Notes under the pieces: generated by a model
Database searches by the model: none
What the model saw: only the letters and a program-made list of their open reading frames with translations
Told to the model about the DNA's origin: nothing
In this document: positions 22,044-31,879 of the stretch, one piece after another
Position numbering within the stretch: the first letter of the stretch is position 1
Layout: the number at the start of each line of letters is the position of its first letter
Source of the DNA: Akkermansia muciniphila ATCC BAA-835
Lineage (GTDB): Bacteria; Verrucomicrobiota; Verrucomicrobiia; Verrucomicrobiales; Akkermansiaceae
Direction of reading: 5' to 3'
Length of the DNA: 32,000 bases
Assembly (NCBI RefSeq): GCF_000020225.1
Contig: NC_010655.1
Location: 210,001-242,000 of the forward strand
Position numbers and translations under genes: made by a program

Positions 22044-22547
22044 ATGCCCCATCTCCTTTCGGAAACCCTCGTCTGGTGCGTCACCCTGCTGTTATTCGGC
22101 ATGGGGCTGATCGGCACGCTCATCCCCATGCTTCCCGGCATTATGATCATTGCGGCCGGGTGCGTCTGGCAGGGAGTCATGGGCAGAGAAAACCTGGCGT
22201 GGTGGGAATGGACCGTCCTGGCGCTGCTGGTGGCGGGAGGCATGGTCATTGACAAGCTTTCCGGAGGCATGGGCGCCAAAAAATTCGGCAGCACTGCCGC
22301 CGGCATCTGGGGAGCCATCATCGGCGCCGTCGCGGGGAGCCTCCTTTTCTCCCCCATTACGGGCCTTTTGTTCATGCCGTTCCTGGGGGCGCTGCTGGCG
22401 GAACTTATCTTTGCCAGAAAGGATATCATGAACGCTTTCAGGGCCGGGTCCGGAGCGGCGCTTGGGATGCTTGCCGGTCTGCTGCTGGAATTTACCTGCG
22501 GCCTGCTCATCATCGCCTGGTTCTGTTCCTGCTGCTTCCTGTTTTGA
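22044..22547 (+). CDS. DUF456-family membrane protein
   Basis: A small polytopic protein with the IGTLIPMLPGIMIIAAG motif. The ORF is open from 22008, but the ATG at 22044 is preferred. Confidence 0.65.
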   Translation: MPHLLSETLVWCVTLLLFGMGLIGTLIPMLPGIMIIAAGCVWQGVMGRENLAWWEWTVLALLVAGGMVIDKLSGGMGAKKFGSTAAGIWGAIIGAVAGSLLFSPITGLLFMPFLGALLAELIFARKDIMNAFRAGSGAALGMLAGLLLEFTCGLLIIAWFCSCCFLF

Positions 22548-22700
22548 TGCCGCGCCCGGCGGAAGTTTCCGGCAGGAAAAGCAGACATTTTTCTGCTGCT
22601 GAAAAAAACACAGTTTCCCCAACGTATTCAGTTAAACGCCGCTCTACACGCGCATCCGTCCGAACGGACGGGTTCTCCCATTCCCTCATTTTACCAGCTT

Positions 22701-23021
22701 ATGGATGCACCTGTTCCGATACCCGTCGCCATGATGGCAGGTTTCATGATTCTTGGAGCCATTCTTTCCATGGGGAAATGTTCCTTCCTCATCGCAGGCT
22801 ACAGCATGATGAACAGAGGGCAGAAAAAGCAATATGATGAACAGGCGCTGTGCCGGTTCATGGGGAAGATCATGTACTGCCTCGCCTTCGCCATGCTGCT
22901 CTGGCTCTCCAGCATCATTCTCCAGAACTCCGTGCTCCTGTCCGCCTCCCTGTACTTTCTGGTGGGAAGCATTGCATTTGCGGTCATTTACGCTGGCGCC
23001 GGAAGCCGGTTCAAAAAATAG
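22701..23021 (+). CDS. DUF3784-family small membrane protein
   Basis: The segment GKCSFLIAGYSMMNRGQKKQYDEQALCRFMGKI matches the characteristic LIAGYNTMS..EK.KYD...L.RF.G pattern, flanked by TM helices. Confidence 0.65.
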   Translation: MDAPVPIPVAMMAGFMILGAILSMGKCSFLIAGYSMMNRGQKKQYDEQALCRFMGKIMYCLAFAMLLWLSSIILQNSVLLSASLYFLVGSIAFAVIYAGAGSRFKK

Positions 23022-23076
23022 CATTTTTTACACCAGCTTTCTTTTACTTTTATTATACGCAACATTATCTTTTCCC

Positions 23077-25443
23077 ATGAACGTCCCTGCAACCTTGAAA
23101 CATTCCTTCCTGCTCTGCCTTTTCGCGGCAGCCGTCCCCCTCCGGGCCATTCCGGCCCCCATGCAGGTCACCGCCTCCACCCCCGCCCGGGTATGGACGG
23201 AAGGATACGGCACGGGCAACGGAAGGCTGGGCATCCTCTCTTTCGGCGTTTTTCCGAAGGAAACCGTCGTCCTCAATGAAGGAAGCATTTTCGCAAAAAA
23301 AAATTTCCAAATGAGGGAAGGCGCCGCGGAAGCTCTGGACAAGGCGCGCGAACTTTGCAAGGAAGGAAAATACCGCAGTGCAGACCAGCTATTCCGTAAG
23401 AATATCCTTCCCCCCGGCAACATTGCGGGGGATTACCAGCAGGGGGGGCGTCTTCAGGTGGAATTCCAGGGGCTTCCTTCACCTTCCTCCTATCAGCGTA
23501 CACTGGATATGCGACGGGGCAAGGCAACCACCCGCGCCCAATTCGGCACGGGGGAATTGACCACAGAAATCCTGGCGGCCCCGTCCAGCGACTGCGCCGC
23601 CTACCACATTGCCTGCACGATGCCGTCCGGATGCCGCGTTTCCCTGAATCTGGAACACCCGGATCCGTCCGCCCGAATTGTTGCGCAGCCGAATGGCTGG
23701 GTGCTGGAAGGACAGGGAAGCAACGGAGGCACCCGGTTTGAAAACACGGTGGTCATCCTGGCGCCCGGAGCCTCCGTTACCCGCAAAGGCTCAACAATTA
23801 TTCTTGATTCCGCCCGGGAAGTGATGGTGCTTTCATCCATTTCCACAGATTACAATATCCGGAAGCCGGAAGCTCCCCTGACGCATTCCCTGGCGGCTAA
23901 AAACGCGAGAATCCTGGCAAAAGCGCAAAAGGCGGGATGGAAAAAACTGGCGGCGGAAACGGAAGATTATTTTTCCCGGCTCATGACGCGCTGTCAGGTG
24001 GATCTGGGGGATTCCCCGGCCGGGGTTTCCGCCATGACCACCGCCCAAAGGCTGGAGCGGGTCAAACAGGGAAAGAAGGATCCGGATCTTCTGGAACAGC
24101 TTTTCCAGTTCGGCCGCTTCTGCACGATTGCCCACACCAGGCCGGGGCAGCTTCCCTGCGGTTTGCAGGGATTATGGAATCCGGAGCTGAGGGCGGCGTG
24201 GATGGGCTGCTATTTCCTGAATATCAACAGCCAGATGAACCAGTGGCCCTCCCATGTCACCGGGCTGGGAGAATTCCAGAGCTCCTATCTTGATTTTGTC
24301 CGCAGCCTGCGCCCCCACGGAGAGGAGTTTGCGCGCTTCATCAAACGGGACGGCTTCTGCTTCGGCCACTATACGGATTGCTGGAAGCGCACCTATTTTT
24401 CAGGCAACAATCCGGAATGGGGGGCCAGCCTCATGAACGGGGCATGGGCATGCGCCCACCTGGTGGACAGTTACCGCTTTACCGGAGACCGGGAAGACCT
24501 TAAAAAATCGCTGCCCATTCTGGAATCCAACGCGCGTTTCATCATGTCCTGGTTTGAAGACGACGGCGAGGGCCGTTACCTCTCCGGCCCGGGGGTGTCT
24601 CCGGAGACCGGATTTTACGCGCCGGACGGCACAGGCCCCAACGTGCTTTCCTATGTTTCCAACGGCACGTCCCATGACCAGCTTCTGGGCAGGGAGGCTC
24701 TCCGCAATTATATCTACGCCTGCGGAGAGCTGGGCATAAGGACTCCCACCCTGCTTAAAGCCGTCCAATTTCTCAGGAAAATCCCCCAGCCTGCCATCGG
24801 TCCCGACGGAAGGGTGCAGGAATGGAGGCAGCCTTTTGAAGAAATGCAGAAGGGCCACCGGCACATCAGCCACCTTTACGGCCTGTTCCCCGGCACGGAA
24901 TGGGATGTTCTCAATACTCCGGAATATGCGGAGGCCGTACGCAAGTCAGCCGATTTCCGGCGCAAGTACGCGGATATGGGAAACAACGGCATCAGGACGG
25001 GATGGAGCACGGCGTGGCTCATCAATCTTTATGCCGCCCTTGGCGACGGGAACGCCGCAGAGGACAGGATGTACACCATGCTGAGGCACTACATCAACTC
25101 CAACCTTTTTGACCTCCATCCCCCGTTCCAGATAGAAGGGAATTTCGGCTTTTCCTCCGGCGTGGCCGAATGCCTGATCCAGAGCCGGATCATGCAGGAC
25201 GGGTTCCAGGTTATCCTGCTGGCTCCGGCCCTGGCAGACGACTGGAAGAAGGGGTCTGCCACGGGATTGCGCACGCGGGGAGGGCTTAAGGTGGACTTGT
25301 CCTGGCAAGACGGCCGGGTGCAGGCCACGGCTACCGCTGCGCGTCCGGGCAAATTCCGGTTCATGCATCAGGGCCGGAAAAAGGATTTGTCCATGAATAA
25401 GGGAGAAACGGTGCGTCTTGATTTTCCTCCGCTTTCCCATTAG
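23077..25443 (+). CDS. Glycoside hydrolase family 95 (alpha-L-fucosidase type)
   Basis: A signal peptide begins at the ATG at 23077. The GH95 N-terminal motif is WTEGYGTGNGRLGILSFG...VVLNEGS. The catalytic-domain motif is LQGLWNPELRAAWMGCYFLNINSQMNQWP. The 22834 ORF start overlaps the preceding gene and was rejected. Confidence 0.85.
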   Translation: MNVPATLKHSFLLCLFAAAVPLRAIPAPMQVTASTPARVWTEGYGTGNGRLGILSFGVFPKETVVLNEGSIFAKKNFQMREGAAEALDKARELCKEGKYRSADQLFRKNILPPGNIAGDYQQGGRLQVEFQGLPSPSSYQRTLDMRRGKATTRAQFGTGELTTEILAAPSSDCAAYHIACTMPSGCRVSLNLEHPDPSARIVAQPNGWVLEGQGSNGGTRFENTVVILAPGASVTRKGSTIILDSAREVMVLSSISTDYNIRKPEAPLTHSLAAKNARILAKAQKAGWKKLAAETEDYFSRLMTRCQVDLGDSPAGVSAMTTAQRLERVKQGKKDPDLLEQLFQFGRFCTIAHTRPGQLPCGLQGLWNPELRAAWMGCYFLNINSQMNQWPSHVTGLGEFQSSYLDFVRSLRPHGEEFARFIKRDGFCFGHYTDCWKRTYFSGNNPEWGASLMNGAWACAHLVDSYRFTGDREDLKKSLPILESNARFIMSWFEDDGEGRYLSGPGVSPETGFYAPDGTGPNVLSYVSNGTSHDQLLGREALRNYIYACGELGIRTPTLLKAVQFLRKIPQPAIGPDGRVQEWRQPFEEMQKGHRHISHLYGLFPGTEWDVLNTPEYAEAVRKSADFRRKYADMGNNGIRTGWSTAWLINLYAALGDGNAAEDRMYTMLRHYINSNLFDLHPPFQIEGNFGFSSGVAECLIQSRIMQDGFQVILLAPALADDWKKGSATGLRTRGGLKVDLSWQDGRVQATATAARPGKFRFMHQGRKKDLSMNKGETVRLDFPPLSH

Positions 25444-25479
25444 GACTCCCCTTTCTGCGTTACCTCTTCAATTTCCGCT

Positions 25480-26550
25480 ATGCATTTCTTTTCCATGACT
25501 TTCAGGCTCGGTCTGCTCATAGTGGTGGTCTGCATCGCCCTCAGCTCCTGTTCCAAGCTTTTTTCTCCCCGCGGAAGCGGAGAAATACCGGACACGGACC
25601 AAACGGAAACGCTCCTGAAAGCGCATGTATTCCACCTGGCGGATACCATCGGTGAACGGAACGTCTACCACCCCGGCTCCATGGAGCGTTCCGCCCGCTA
25701 CATTGAACAAAAACTGGAGGGAATGGGTTATGCCGTCACGCGCCAGGCTGTTCATATCCCGCCCTCCGGAGAATTCGGCGCCGTAAAGGACTGGACGGCA
25801 TATAATCTCATCGCCATCAAGAAAGGAACCTCCCCCCAGCCCAAAATGCTCATCGTCGGCGCGCATTACGATACCAAAGTGGGCATGGACAACTGGCACG
25901 ACCACGGTCCTGCCCGGCCTTCCCGCACCGGAACTCCGGGAGCCAATGACAACGCTTCCGGCGTAGCCGCCCTGCTGGAAACGGCACGTGCCCTTGCAGC
26001 AACTTCCACCCTCCACGATGTTTGTCTGGTGGCCTACGCCAATGAAGAGCCTCCTTTTTACCAGACGCCCGCCATGGGCAGCGCAGTACATGCCAAATCC
26101 GTCTCCCATCATTCGGGCAGGGAAAAAATCATTGGCATGATTGCCCTGGAAACGCTGGGCTGCTATTCCCCCCGGGTGAATAAAAAACGCCAATCCGCCG
26201 TGGTTGCCGGATTGGCCGGCCTGCCGGACCGCTGCGACTATGTTGCTTTCCTCTCCACCAACACGGGCCGCAAACTGGCACGCTCCTGCGCGGAGGAATT
26301 TTCCGCCTTGAGCCGCTTTCCGGTGCGTTCCGCCGTGTTCCCGTATTACACCCGCGGCGTTTCCTGGTCTGACGACTGGGGATACATGAAGGAAGGCATC
26401 CCCTCCTTTGCCGCCACGGATACGGCCTTCCTCCGCTGCGACGATTACCATGAAACCAGCGATACGGCTGAAAAGCTGGACTATCCCCAGTTTGCAGAAG
26501 TGGTGCAGGGCCTTTCCAAACTCGTCATTTCACTGGCCAACAAACCATGA
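25480..26550 (+). CDS. M28-family metallopeptidase (aminopeptidase-like)
   Basis: It has a lipoprotein-like signal (LSSCSK). The M28 core reads LIVGAHYDTK...GANDNASGVAALLETARAL...NEEPP. Confidence 0.8.
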   Translation: MHFFSMTFRLGLLIVVVCIALSSCSKLFSPRGSGEIPDTDQTETLLKAHVFHLADTIGERNVYHPGSMERSARYIEQKLEGMGYAVTRQAVHIPPSGEFGAVKDWTAYNLIAIKKGTSPQPKMLIVGAHYDTKVGMDNWHDHGPARPSRTGTPGANDNASGVAALLETARALAATSTLHDVCLVAYANEEPPFYQTPAMGSAVHAKSVSHHSGREKIIGMIALETLGCYSPRVNKKRQSAVVAGLAGLPDRCDYVAFLSTNTGRKLARSCAEEFSALSRFPVRSAVFPYYTRGVSWSDDWGYMKEGIPSFAATDTAFLRCDDYHETSDTAEKLDYPQFAEVVQGLSKLVISLANKP

Positions 26551-27587
26551 ATAAGAAACAGATATTACTCTCCGCTCTTTTTCTGACATTCGCCTGTGCT
26601 TCAGCCGGGGCCGCTCCGCCTGAGCCGTCCGCGCTGGGCGCCTTCTGCCCTCCCTCAGAGGGAAAAGCCTTTCACTCCGGATGGATTTCCCTTGGGCTCA
26701 AAGCGGCGGACCTGAAAGAAAAACAAGCCTCCGCCGGACACATTACGGACGTAGGGGAAGCGCAAATCCAGCTTCACTTTCCCGCCGGATGGAGTCCGCA
26801 GGACAGGCGCACGGCCCTGTGTATTTTTCCGGGAGGGGGGTATGCCATCCAGGCCATTGAAAAGGAAGGGAGCCGCATTGCCGGCTGGGCGGCGGAACAC
26901 GGCATGGTGGGGGTTGTCGTGAAATACCGCGTTTCAGGAACCGGCAATGCCCTGGGGAAGTTTCCCGGTCCCCTGCTGGACGCCCGCCAGGCTCTGAGGA
27001 CCGTGCGGAAAAACGCCTCTTCCCTGGGAATTGCCCCTCTTCGCATCGGCGTCATGGGCTTTTCCGCTGGCGGCCATCTGGCGGCCATGGCCTCTACGCT
27101 GTGGAACCGCACCCTGCCGGAAGAAGCGGAAAATCCGCTGAAAAACATTTCCGCCCGTCCGGATTTTTCCATGTTTATTTATCCCGTCATTACCATGGCG
27201 CCCCATACTACCCACGGGGGAACGCGCAACAAAATATTGGGGGCCCATCCATCCCCTGCCCTGGAGGAGATGTGTTCCGCGGAGAGACAGGTGACGGAGC
27301 AGGCGCCGCCAGTGTTCCTCGTCCACGCTCTGGATGACGGCGTTTCCTGCGCCAACAGCAGGCTGATGGAACAGGCTTGCCGGGAAAAGGGGGTTCCCGC
27401 CAGTCTGAACTTCTATCCCACGGGAGGCCACGGGTATGGCATGGAAAAACGCGGACATCCCACGGATCAATGGCCTGAAGCCGCCGAACAATGGCTCAGG
27501 GAACAGGGATTCCTTTCTTCCCCGTCTTCTGCCCGCGGGGGTGCGCCCTCCGGAGCGGGCACTTCCTCCGGAACACGGCGGGAATGA
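26547..27587 (+). CDS. Secreted alpha/beta-hydrolase (esterase-like)
   Basis: A signal peptide is followed by FPGGGY (oxyanion region), a GFSAGGHLA nucleophile elbow (GxSxG) and a distal D...GGHGY. Its start overlaps the M28 stop by 4 nt (ATGA). Confidence 0.75.
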   Translation: MNKKQILLSALFLTFACASAGAAPPEPSALGAFCPPSEGKAFHSGWISLGLKAADLKEKQASAGHITDVGEAQIQLHFPAGWSPQDRRTALCIFPGGGYAIQAIEKEGSRIAGWAAEHGMVGVVVKYRVSGTGNALGKFPGPLLDARQALRTVRKNASSLGIAPLRIGVMGFSAGGHLAAMASTLWNRTLPEEAENPLKNISARPDFSMFIYPVITMAPHTTHGGTRNKILGAHPSPALEEMCSAERQVTEQAPPVFLVHALDDGVSCANSRLMEQACREKGVPASLNFYPTGGHGYGMEKRGHPTDQWPEAAEQWLREQGFLSSPSSARGGAPSGAGTSSGTRRE

Positions 27588-27658
27588 ATGTGCTAGGACC
27601 GGCGTGTGCCGCACCGCAGGGTTGACCGGAACCGGGCCCGGTGGTACTTTTTCCGGGC

Positions 27659-30388
27659 ATGAGTGCGCCCGAAAAGAATTACAAAGACACCATCCTGTTG
27701 CCGGAGACCGGTTTCCCCATGAGAGGGGATCTGACGAAAAACGAACCCGTACGCCTGAAAAAGTGGGAAGACACCGGGCTGTACGAACGAATTTTGTCCC
27801 GCAGGATGGCACAGGGCGCACCCCGGTTCCTCCTTCATGACGGCCCCCCCTTCGCCAACGGGGACGTGCACATGGGTACGGCCCTGAACAAAATTCTCAA
27901 GGACCTGGTCCTGAAATCAAAAACCATGGCCGGTTATGCCGCCCCCTATATTCCGGGCTGGGACTGCCACGGCCTCCCCATCGAATTCAAGGTGGTTCAG
28001 AAGGCCCGTGACCTGGATGCGGCGGAAATCCGCCGACGCTGTGCGGAATTCGCCAAAGGCTTCATTGACATTCAGCGCACTTCCTTCCGCCGCCTGGGCG
28101 TGTTCGGCGACTGGGAGAATCCCTACCTGACCATGAAGCCGGCGTATGAGGCCAACATCCTGCGCGTGTTCGCCAAACTGGTGGAAGACGGAGCGGTGTA
28201 CCAGAGCCGCAAACCCGTCCAGTGGTCCTATGGGGCCTATACGGCGCTGGCGGAAGCGGAAATCGACTACAAGGAAAAGGTCAGTTCCTCCGTTTTCGTG
28301 CGCTTCCCGCTTCTGGACAATCCCCTGGGCCTGAAAGCATCCATGGTCATCTGGACCACTACTCCGTGGACGCTGCCCGCCAACGTAGGTCTCGCACTCC
28401 ATCCGCGTTTCACCTACGTGGCAGGCAGGTTCATGAAAAACGGCCAGACGGAAAACCTCATCATCGTCAAGGATCTGCTGGATGCCTTCGCTCAGAAAAC
28501 GGGCTGGGCTCTTGCGGAAACCATCCGTGAATTCAAGGGAGCCGAACTGGAAAACTGCGAGGCCCGCCATCCCTTCCTTTCCCGCACGTCAACAATCATC
28601 CTGGCGGACTTTGTCACCACGGACACCGGAACCGGCATCGTTCACATCGCGCCCGGCCATGGCGCAGACGACTATAACGTGGGGCGCCAATACGGGTTGC
28701 CTGTCCTCTCCCCTGTGGACGATGACGGCAAATACACGGAGGAAGTGGGCGTGCCCTCCCTGGTGGGCAAACATGTCTTTGACGCCAACAAGGACATCAT
28801 TTCCATGCTGGAACAGGGCAACAACCTCTTCGGCGTGGAGGAATACCGCCACCAGTACCCGCACTGCTGGCGTTCCAAGACGCCTATTATCTTCCGGGCC
28901 GTGGAACAGTTCTTCATCTCCATGGACAAGCTCCGCCCGCAGGCCCTGGAAGAAATAGACAAGGTGCAGTGGCTGCCCGCCTGGGGCCGCAACCGCATTT
29001 ACGGCACAGTGGAAGCCAGGCCGGACTGGTGCATCTCCCGCCAGCGCACCTGGGGCGTGCCGCTGCCCGTCTTCTTTGATGAAAACGGCAAAGCCGTTCT
29101 GGATGCCGCCCTGGTTCGCAAAATCGCGGATATGGTGGAGAAACACGGTTCCAACATCTGGTTCGAACTCTCCGATGAAGACCTGTGCGAACGCCTCGGC
29201 CTGCCGAAGACCTGGAAGAAGGGCAAAGATACGCTGGACGTCTGGATTGATTCCGGCAGTTCCCATATGGCCGTCATGGACAGCCGCCCCGGGCTGGATG
29301 CTCCTGCGGACCTGTACCTGGAAGCTACGGACCAGCACCGCGGCTGGTTCCAGAGTTCCCTGATGCTTTCCGTCGCCTGGCGCGGCAAGGCCCCGTACAA
29401 GGCCGTGATGACCCACGGCTTCGTCGTGGACAAGGACACCGGGAAAAAAACCTCCAAATCCGACGCCAAGAGCGGCAAACCCATTGACGCGGCCTATTAC
29501 TACGACAAATACGGCGCAGACATCGTGCGCCTGTGGGCCGCCTCCGTGGACTGGCAAAATGAAGTCCCCTTCGGGGAAGATCTCTTCAAACAGGTGACGG
29601 AACCCTACCGCCGCCTCCGCAATACCCTGCGCATCCTGCTGGGCAATATCAGCGGATTTGACTTCGCCGCGCAGGCGGTCGCCCCGGAACACATGCCCAT
29701 CCTGGACCGCTGGATTCTGGAACGCCTGAACGCCGTCATCAGGGAAACGCTGAAGGCCTATGAAGCTTATGACTTCCGCAAAGCGTTCAGTGCCATCAAC
29801 CAGTTCTGCACCAGCGACCTGTCCGCTCTGTACGTGGACACCACCAAGGACCGCCTGTACTGCGACGCTTCCTCCTCCGTGCGCCGCCGCGCCACACAAA
29901 CGGCCATGACCATTATCTTCAAGGCTCTGTGCCGCCTGCTGGCACCCATCCTGGCCTTCACGGCGGATGAAGCCTGGGAATACGCGGGATATGAAGGCAG
30001 CGTGCATGAGCAGGACTTTCCCGCCCCCATGCCGGAATACGATACCCAGGAGGCGTCCTCCGTCATTTCCCGTCTCCAGGAAATCAGGTCCGTCATCCAG
30101 GTAGCCATTGAAGAACAAGTGAAAGCCAAGGTATTTTCCAAAAATAATGAGGCCTCCATTACCCTGACCGTTCCCGTGAATGAGAGCGAAGACGTAGTGG
30201 CGCTGCTGGAAGACCGGGCGTTTGCCACGGAATTTTTCATCATTGCGGACCTTGACGTGAAAACCGGTCCGGAACTGGCGGCCTCCGCTGCAAAAACGGA
30301 ACATGCTATGTGCCCGCGCTGCCGCCGGTATGAACCGGCGGCGGAAGGCGGAGACGTATGCGAACGCTGCGCGGAAGTTCTTTCCTGA
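27659..30388 (+). CDS. ileS: Isoleucine--tRNA ligase
   Basis: It shows PPFANGDVHMGTALNKILKD (HIGH-type), a CP1 editing region, KKTSKSD (KMSKS-type) and a C-terminal Cys4 zinc knuckle (CPRCRRY...CERCAEV). The ATG at 27659 (MSAPEKNYKDTILLPETGFPMRG) is preferred over 27641. Confidence 0.93.
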   Translation: MSAPEKNYKDTILLPETGFPMRGDLTKNEPVRLKKWEDTGLYERILSRRMAQGAPRFLLHDGPPFANGDVHMGTALNKILKDLVLKSKTMAGYAAPYIPGWDCHGLPIEFKVVQKARDLDAAEIRRRCAEFAKGFIDIQRTSFRRLGVFGDWENPYLTMKPAYEANILRVFAKLVEDGAVYQSRKPVQWSYGAYTALAEAEIDYKEKVSSSVFVRFPLLDNPLGLKASMVIWTTTPWTLPANVGLALHPRFTYVAGRFMKNGQTENLIIVKDLLDAFAQKTGWALAETIREFKGAELENCEARHPFLSRTSTIILADFVTTDTGTGIVHIAPGHGADDYNVGRQYGLPVLSPVDDDGKYTEEVGVPSLVGKHVFDANKDIISMLEQGNNLFGVEEYRHQYPHCWRSKTPIIFRAVEQFFISMDKLRPQALEEIDKVQWLPAWGRNRIYGTVEARPDWCISRQRTWGVPLPVFFDENGKAVLDAALVRKIADMVEKHGSNIWFELSDEDLCERLGLPKTWKKGKDTLDVWIDSGSSHMAVMDSRPGLDAPADLYLEATDQHRGWFQSSLMLSVAWRGKAPYKAVMTHGFVVDKDTGKKTSKSDAKSGKPIDAAYYYDKYGADIVRLWAASVDWQNEVPFGEDLFKQVTEPYRRLRNTLRILLGNISGFDFAAQAVAPEHMPILDRWILERLNAVIRETLKAYEAYDFRKAFSAINQFCTSDLSALYVDTTKDRLYCDASSSVRRRATQTAMTIIFKALCRLLAPILAFTADEAWEYAGYEGSVHEQDFPAPMPEYDTQEASSVISRLQEIRSVIQVAIEEQVKAKVFSKNNEASITLTVPVNESEDVVALLEDRAFATEFFIIADLDVKTGPELAASAAKTEHAMCPRCRRYEPAAEGGDVCERCAEVLS

Positions 30389-30418
30389 ACCGCATCCACT
30401 CCATTTCCCGACCTTTAT

Positions 30419-31192
30419 ATGGACCCCCAGACGGAAAAAGAACCCGCCCCCCATAAAAAGACGCCTCCCGGCTGGCTCTGGTGGAGCTTGCTGGGCGCAG
30501 GGCTGTATGTGCTGGACCAGGCCAGCAAGCTGTGGATTATCCGCCGCTTCCCGCTGAACTACCTGAACGAAAAGCACCATAAGTACGCCTACCTGCCGGA
30601 CTTTCCGGGCTTCTCTCACATCAATGCGGACGGCACGCTGGACTTCGCCACGAACGGGCGCATGCCGGAAGCGGAACTGGCGAGGCTCCCGGATCTGAAT
30701 CCAAACACGGTGGACGCCCTGAACAAACTGAGGGAACTGGAACCCATCTCCTTTCTGGACGGAACCATGAACATTACCCGCGTGCACAACACGGGCGTTG
30801 CCTTCGGGCTGGGGAACGGCACCGTCTGGTCCAGCTATCTTTTCCTGGCAGTTCCCGTGCTCGCCATCGTAGTCCTGGTCGTGCTTTACCGGAAAAACCT
30901 CTTCCACACGGCATGGCTCAAGCTGGCCTATGTCCTGCTGCTGGCGGGCGTAGCCGGCAACCTGACGGACCGACTGATTCAGGGGTTCCTGATTCCGTAT
31001 GAGCAACAGCACGGTTTCTTCACCAAGCTGATGAACGGTTACGTGGTGGACTTCATTGACGTCACCATCCCCCTCTTCAACTACCGCTGGCCCGCCTTCA
31101 ATGTGGCGGACTCCTGCATCTTCGTAGCGGCAATTATTTTCTTCGTCGCCAGCATTTTCTCCGCCAAGAATAAAGAAGAAAAAACATCCTGA
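30419..31192 (+). CDS. lspA: Lipoprotein signal peptidase II, with an extra periplasmic insertion
   Basis: LspA motifs are present: DQASKLWI, NTGVAFG, VVDFID and WPAFNVADS. The classic ileS-lspA synteny holds. At 257 aa it is longer than the ~160-170 aa typical of the family. Confidence 0.88.
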   Translation: MDPQTEKEPAPHKKTPPGWLWWSLLGAGLYVLDQASKLWIIRRFPLNYLNEKHHKYAYLPDFPGFSHINADGTLDFATNGRMPEAELARLPDLNPNTVDALNKLRELEPISFLDGTMNITRVHNTGVAFGLGNGTVWSSYLFLAVPVLAIVVLVVLYRKNLFHTAWLKLAYVLLLAGVAGNLTDRLIQGFLIPYEQQHGFFTKLMNGYVVDFIDVTIPLFNYRWPAFNVADSCIFVAAIIFFVASIFSAKNKEEKTS

Positions 31193-31199
31193 AACGCCC

Positions 31200-31862
31200 A
31201 TGACCACCCGGCTCGTTATTCTGTCAGGACTGCTTTTGTGCGGAAGCCTCGCCTCCGGCAAAAATGAATTGTCCTTCAAGGAAACGGTGGTTCCGGTAAA
31301 GGTGGCTCCGGACCAGGACAGCATCACGGCATCCTTCCCCTTCACCAACACTTCCGGCACCCCGGTCACCATCAGTAAAATCCACGTTTCCTGCGACTGC
31401 ACCACCGCCGGAGCGAAGGATAACAAGCTGACGTATGCCCCGGGGGAATCCGGCGTCATCAGCGCCGTAATGAAAACCGGCAATTTTTCCGGCACCGTGG
31501 ACAAGGACATGACGGTGCACGCCAACGGCTCCGCCTACAAGCTGGTAATACGCGCGCAGATCCCGGACATCATCCGGATGGAACCCCGCAAGCTGGAATG
31601 GGCCAGAGGAGAGGCCGCCGTGCCCAAAACCATAAAAATCACCATCTCCAAAGAATTGCCCGTCAACCTGACCACGGTGGATTTGACGGGAGACGCCTTT
31701 GACTACGAGCCTGTAACCGTGAAAAAAGGCAGGGAATATAAAATCATCGTCACTCCCAAATCCACGGCCAGGCCGGCCTTCAACACCATCTGGGTGCGCA
31801 CGGATTCCGCCGTGCCGCGCTACAAGCGCCAAATGGGGTTCCTGGCCATCAAGGAAAACTGA
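31200..31862 (+). CDS. DUF1573-domain secreted protein
   Basis: A signal peptide is followed by ITASFPFTNTSGTPVTISKIHVSCDCTTA, which matches the DUF1573 F.F.N.G..P..I......SCGCT pattern. Confidence 0.65.
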   Translation: MTTRLVILSGLLLCGSLASGKNELSFKETVVPVKVAPDQDSITASFPFTNTSGTPVTISKIHVSCDCTTAGAKDNKLTYAPGESGVISAVMKTGNFSGTVDKDMTVHANGSAYKLVIRAQIPDIIRMEPRKLEWARGEAAVPKTIKITISKELPVNLTTVDLTGDAFDYEPVTVKKGREYKIIVTPKSTARPAFNTIWVRTDSAVPRYKRQMGFLAIKEN

Positions 31863-31879
31863 CATCCGCCCTTCTTTCC

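Noticed and set aside
22548-22700. Small hairpins in the intergenic region (gcaga-catttt-tctgc and ccgtc-cgaacg-gacgg) as terminators or a regulatory RNA
   Set aside because: The stems are only 5 bp with weak or absent U-tracts. They cannot be distinguished from chance.
28589-31525. A 978-aa minus-strand ORF
   Set aside because: It runs antisense across three confidently recognised genes (ileS, lspA, DUF1573). Its composition is typical of a high-GC shadow ORF (R/G/H/P/V-rich).
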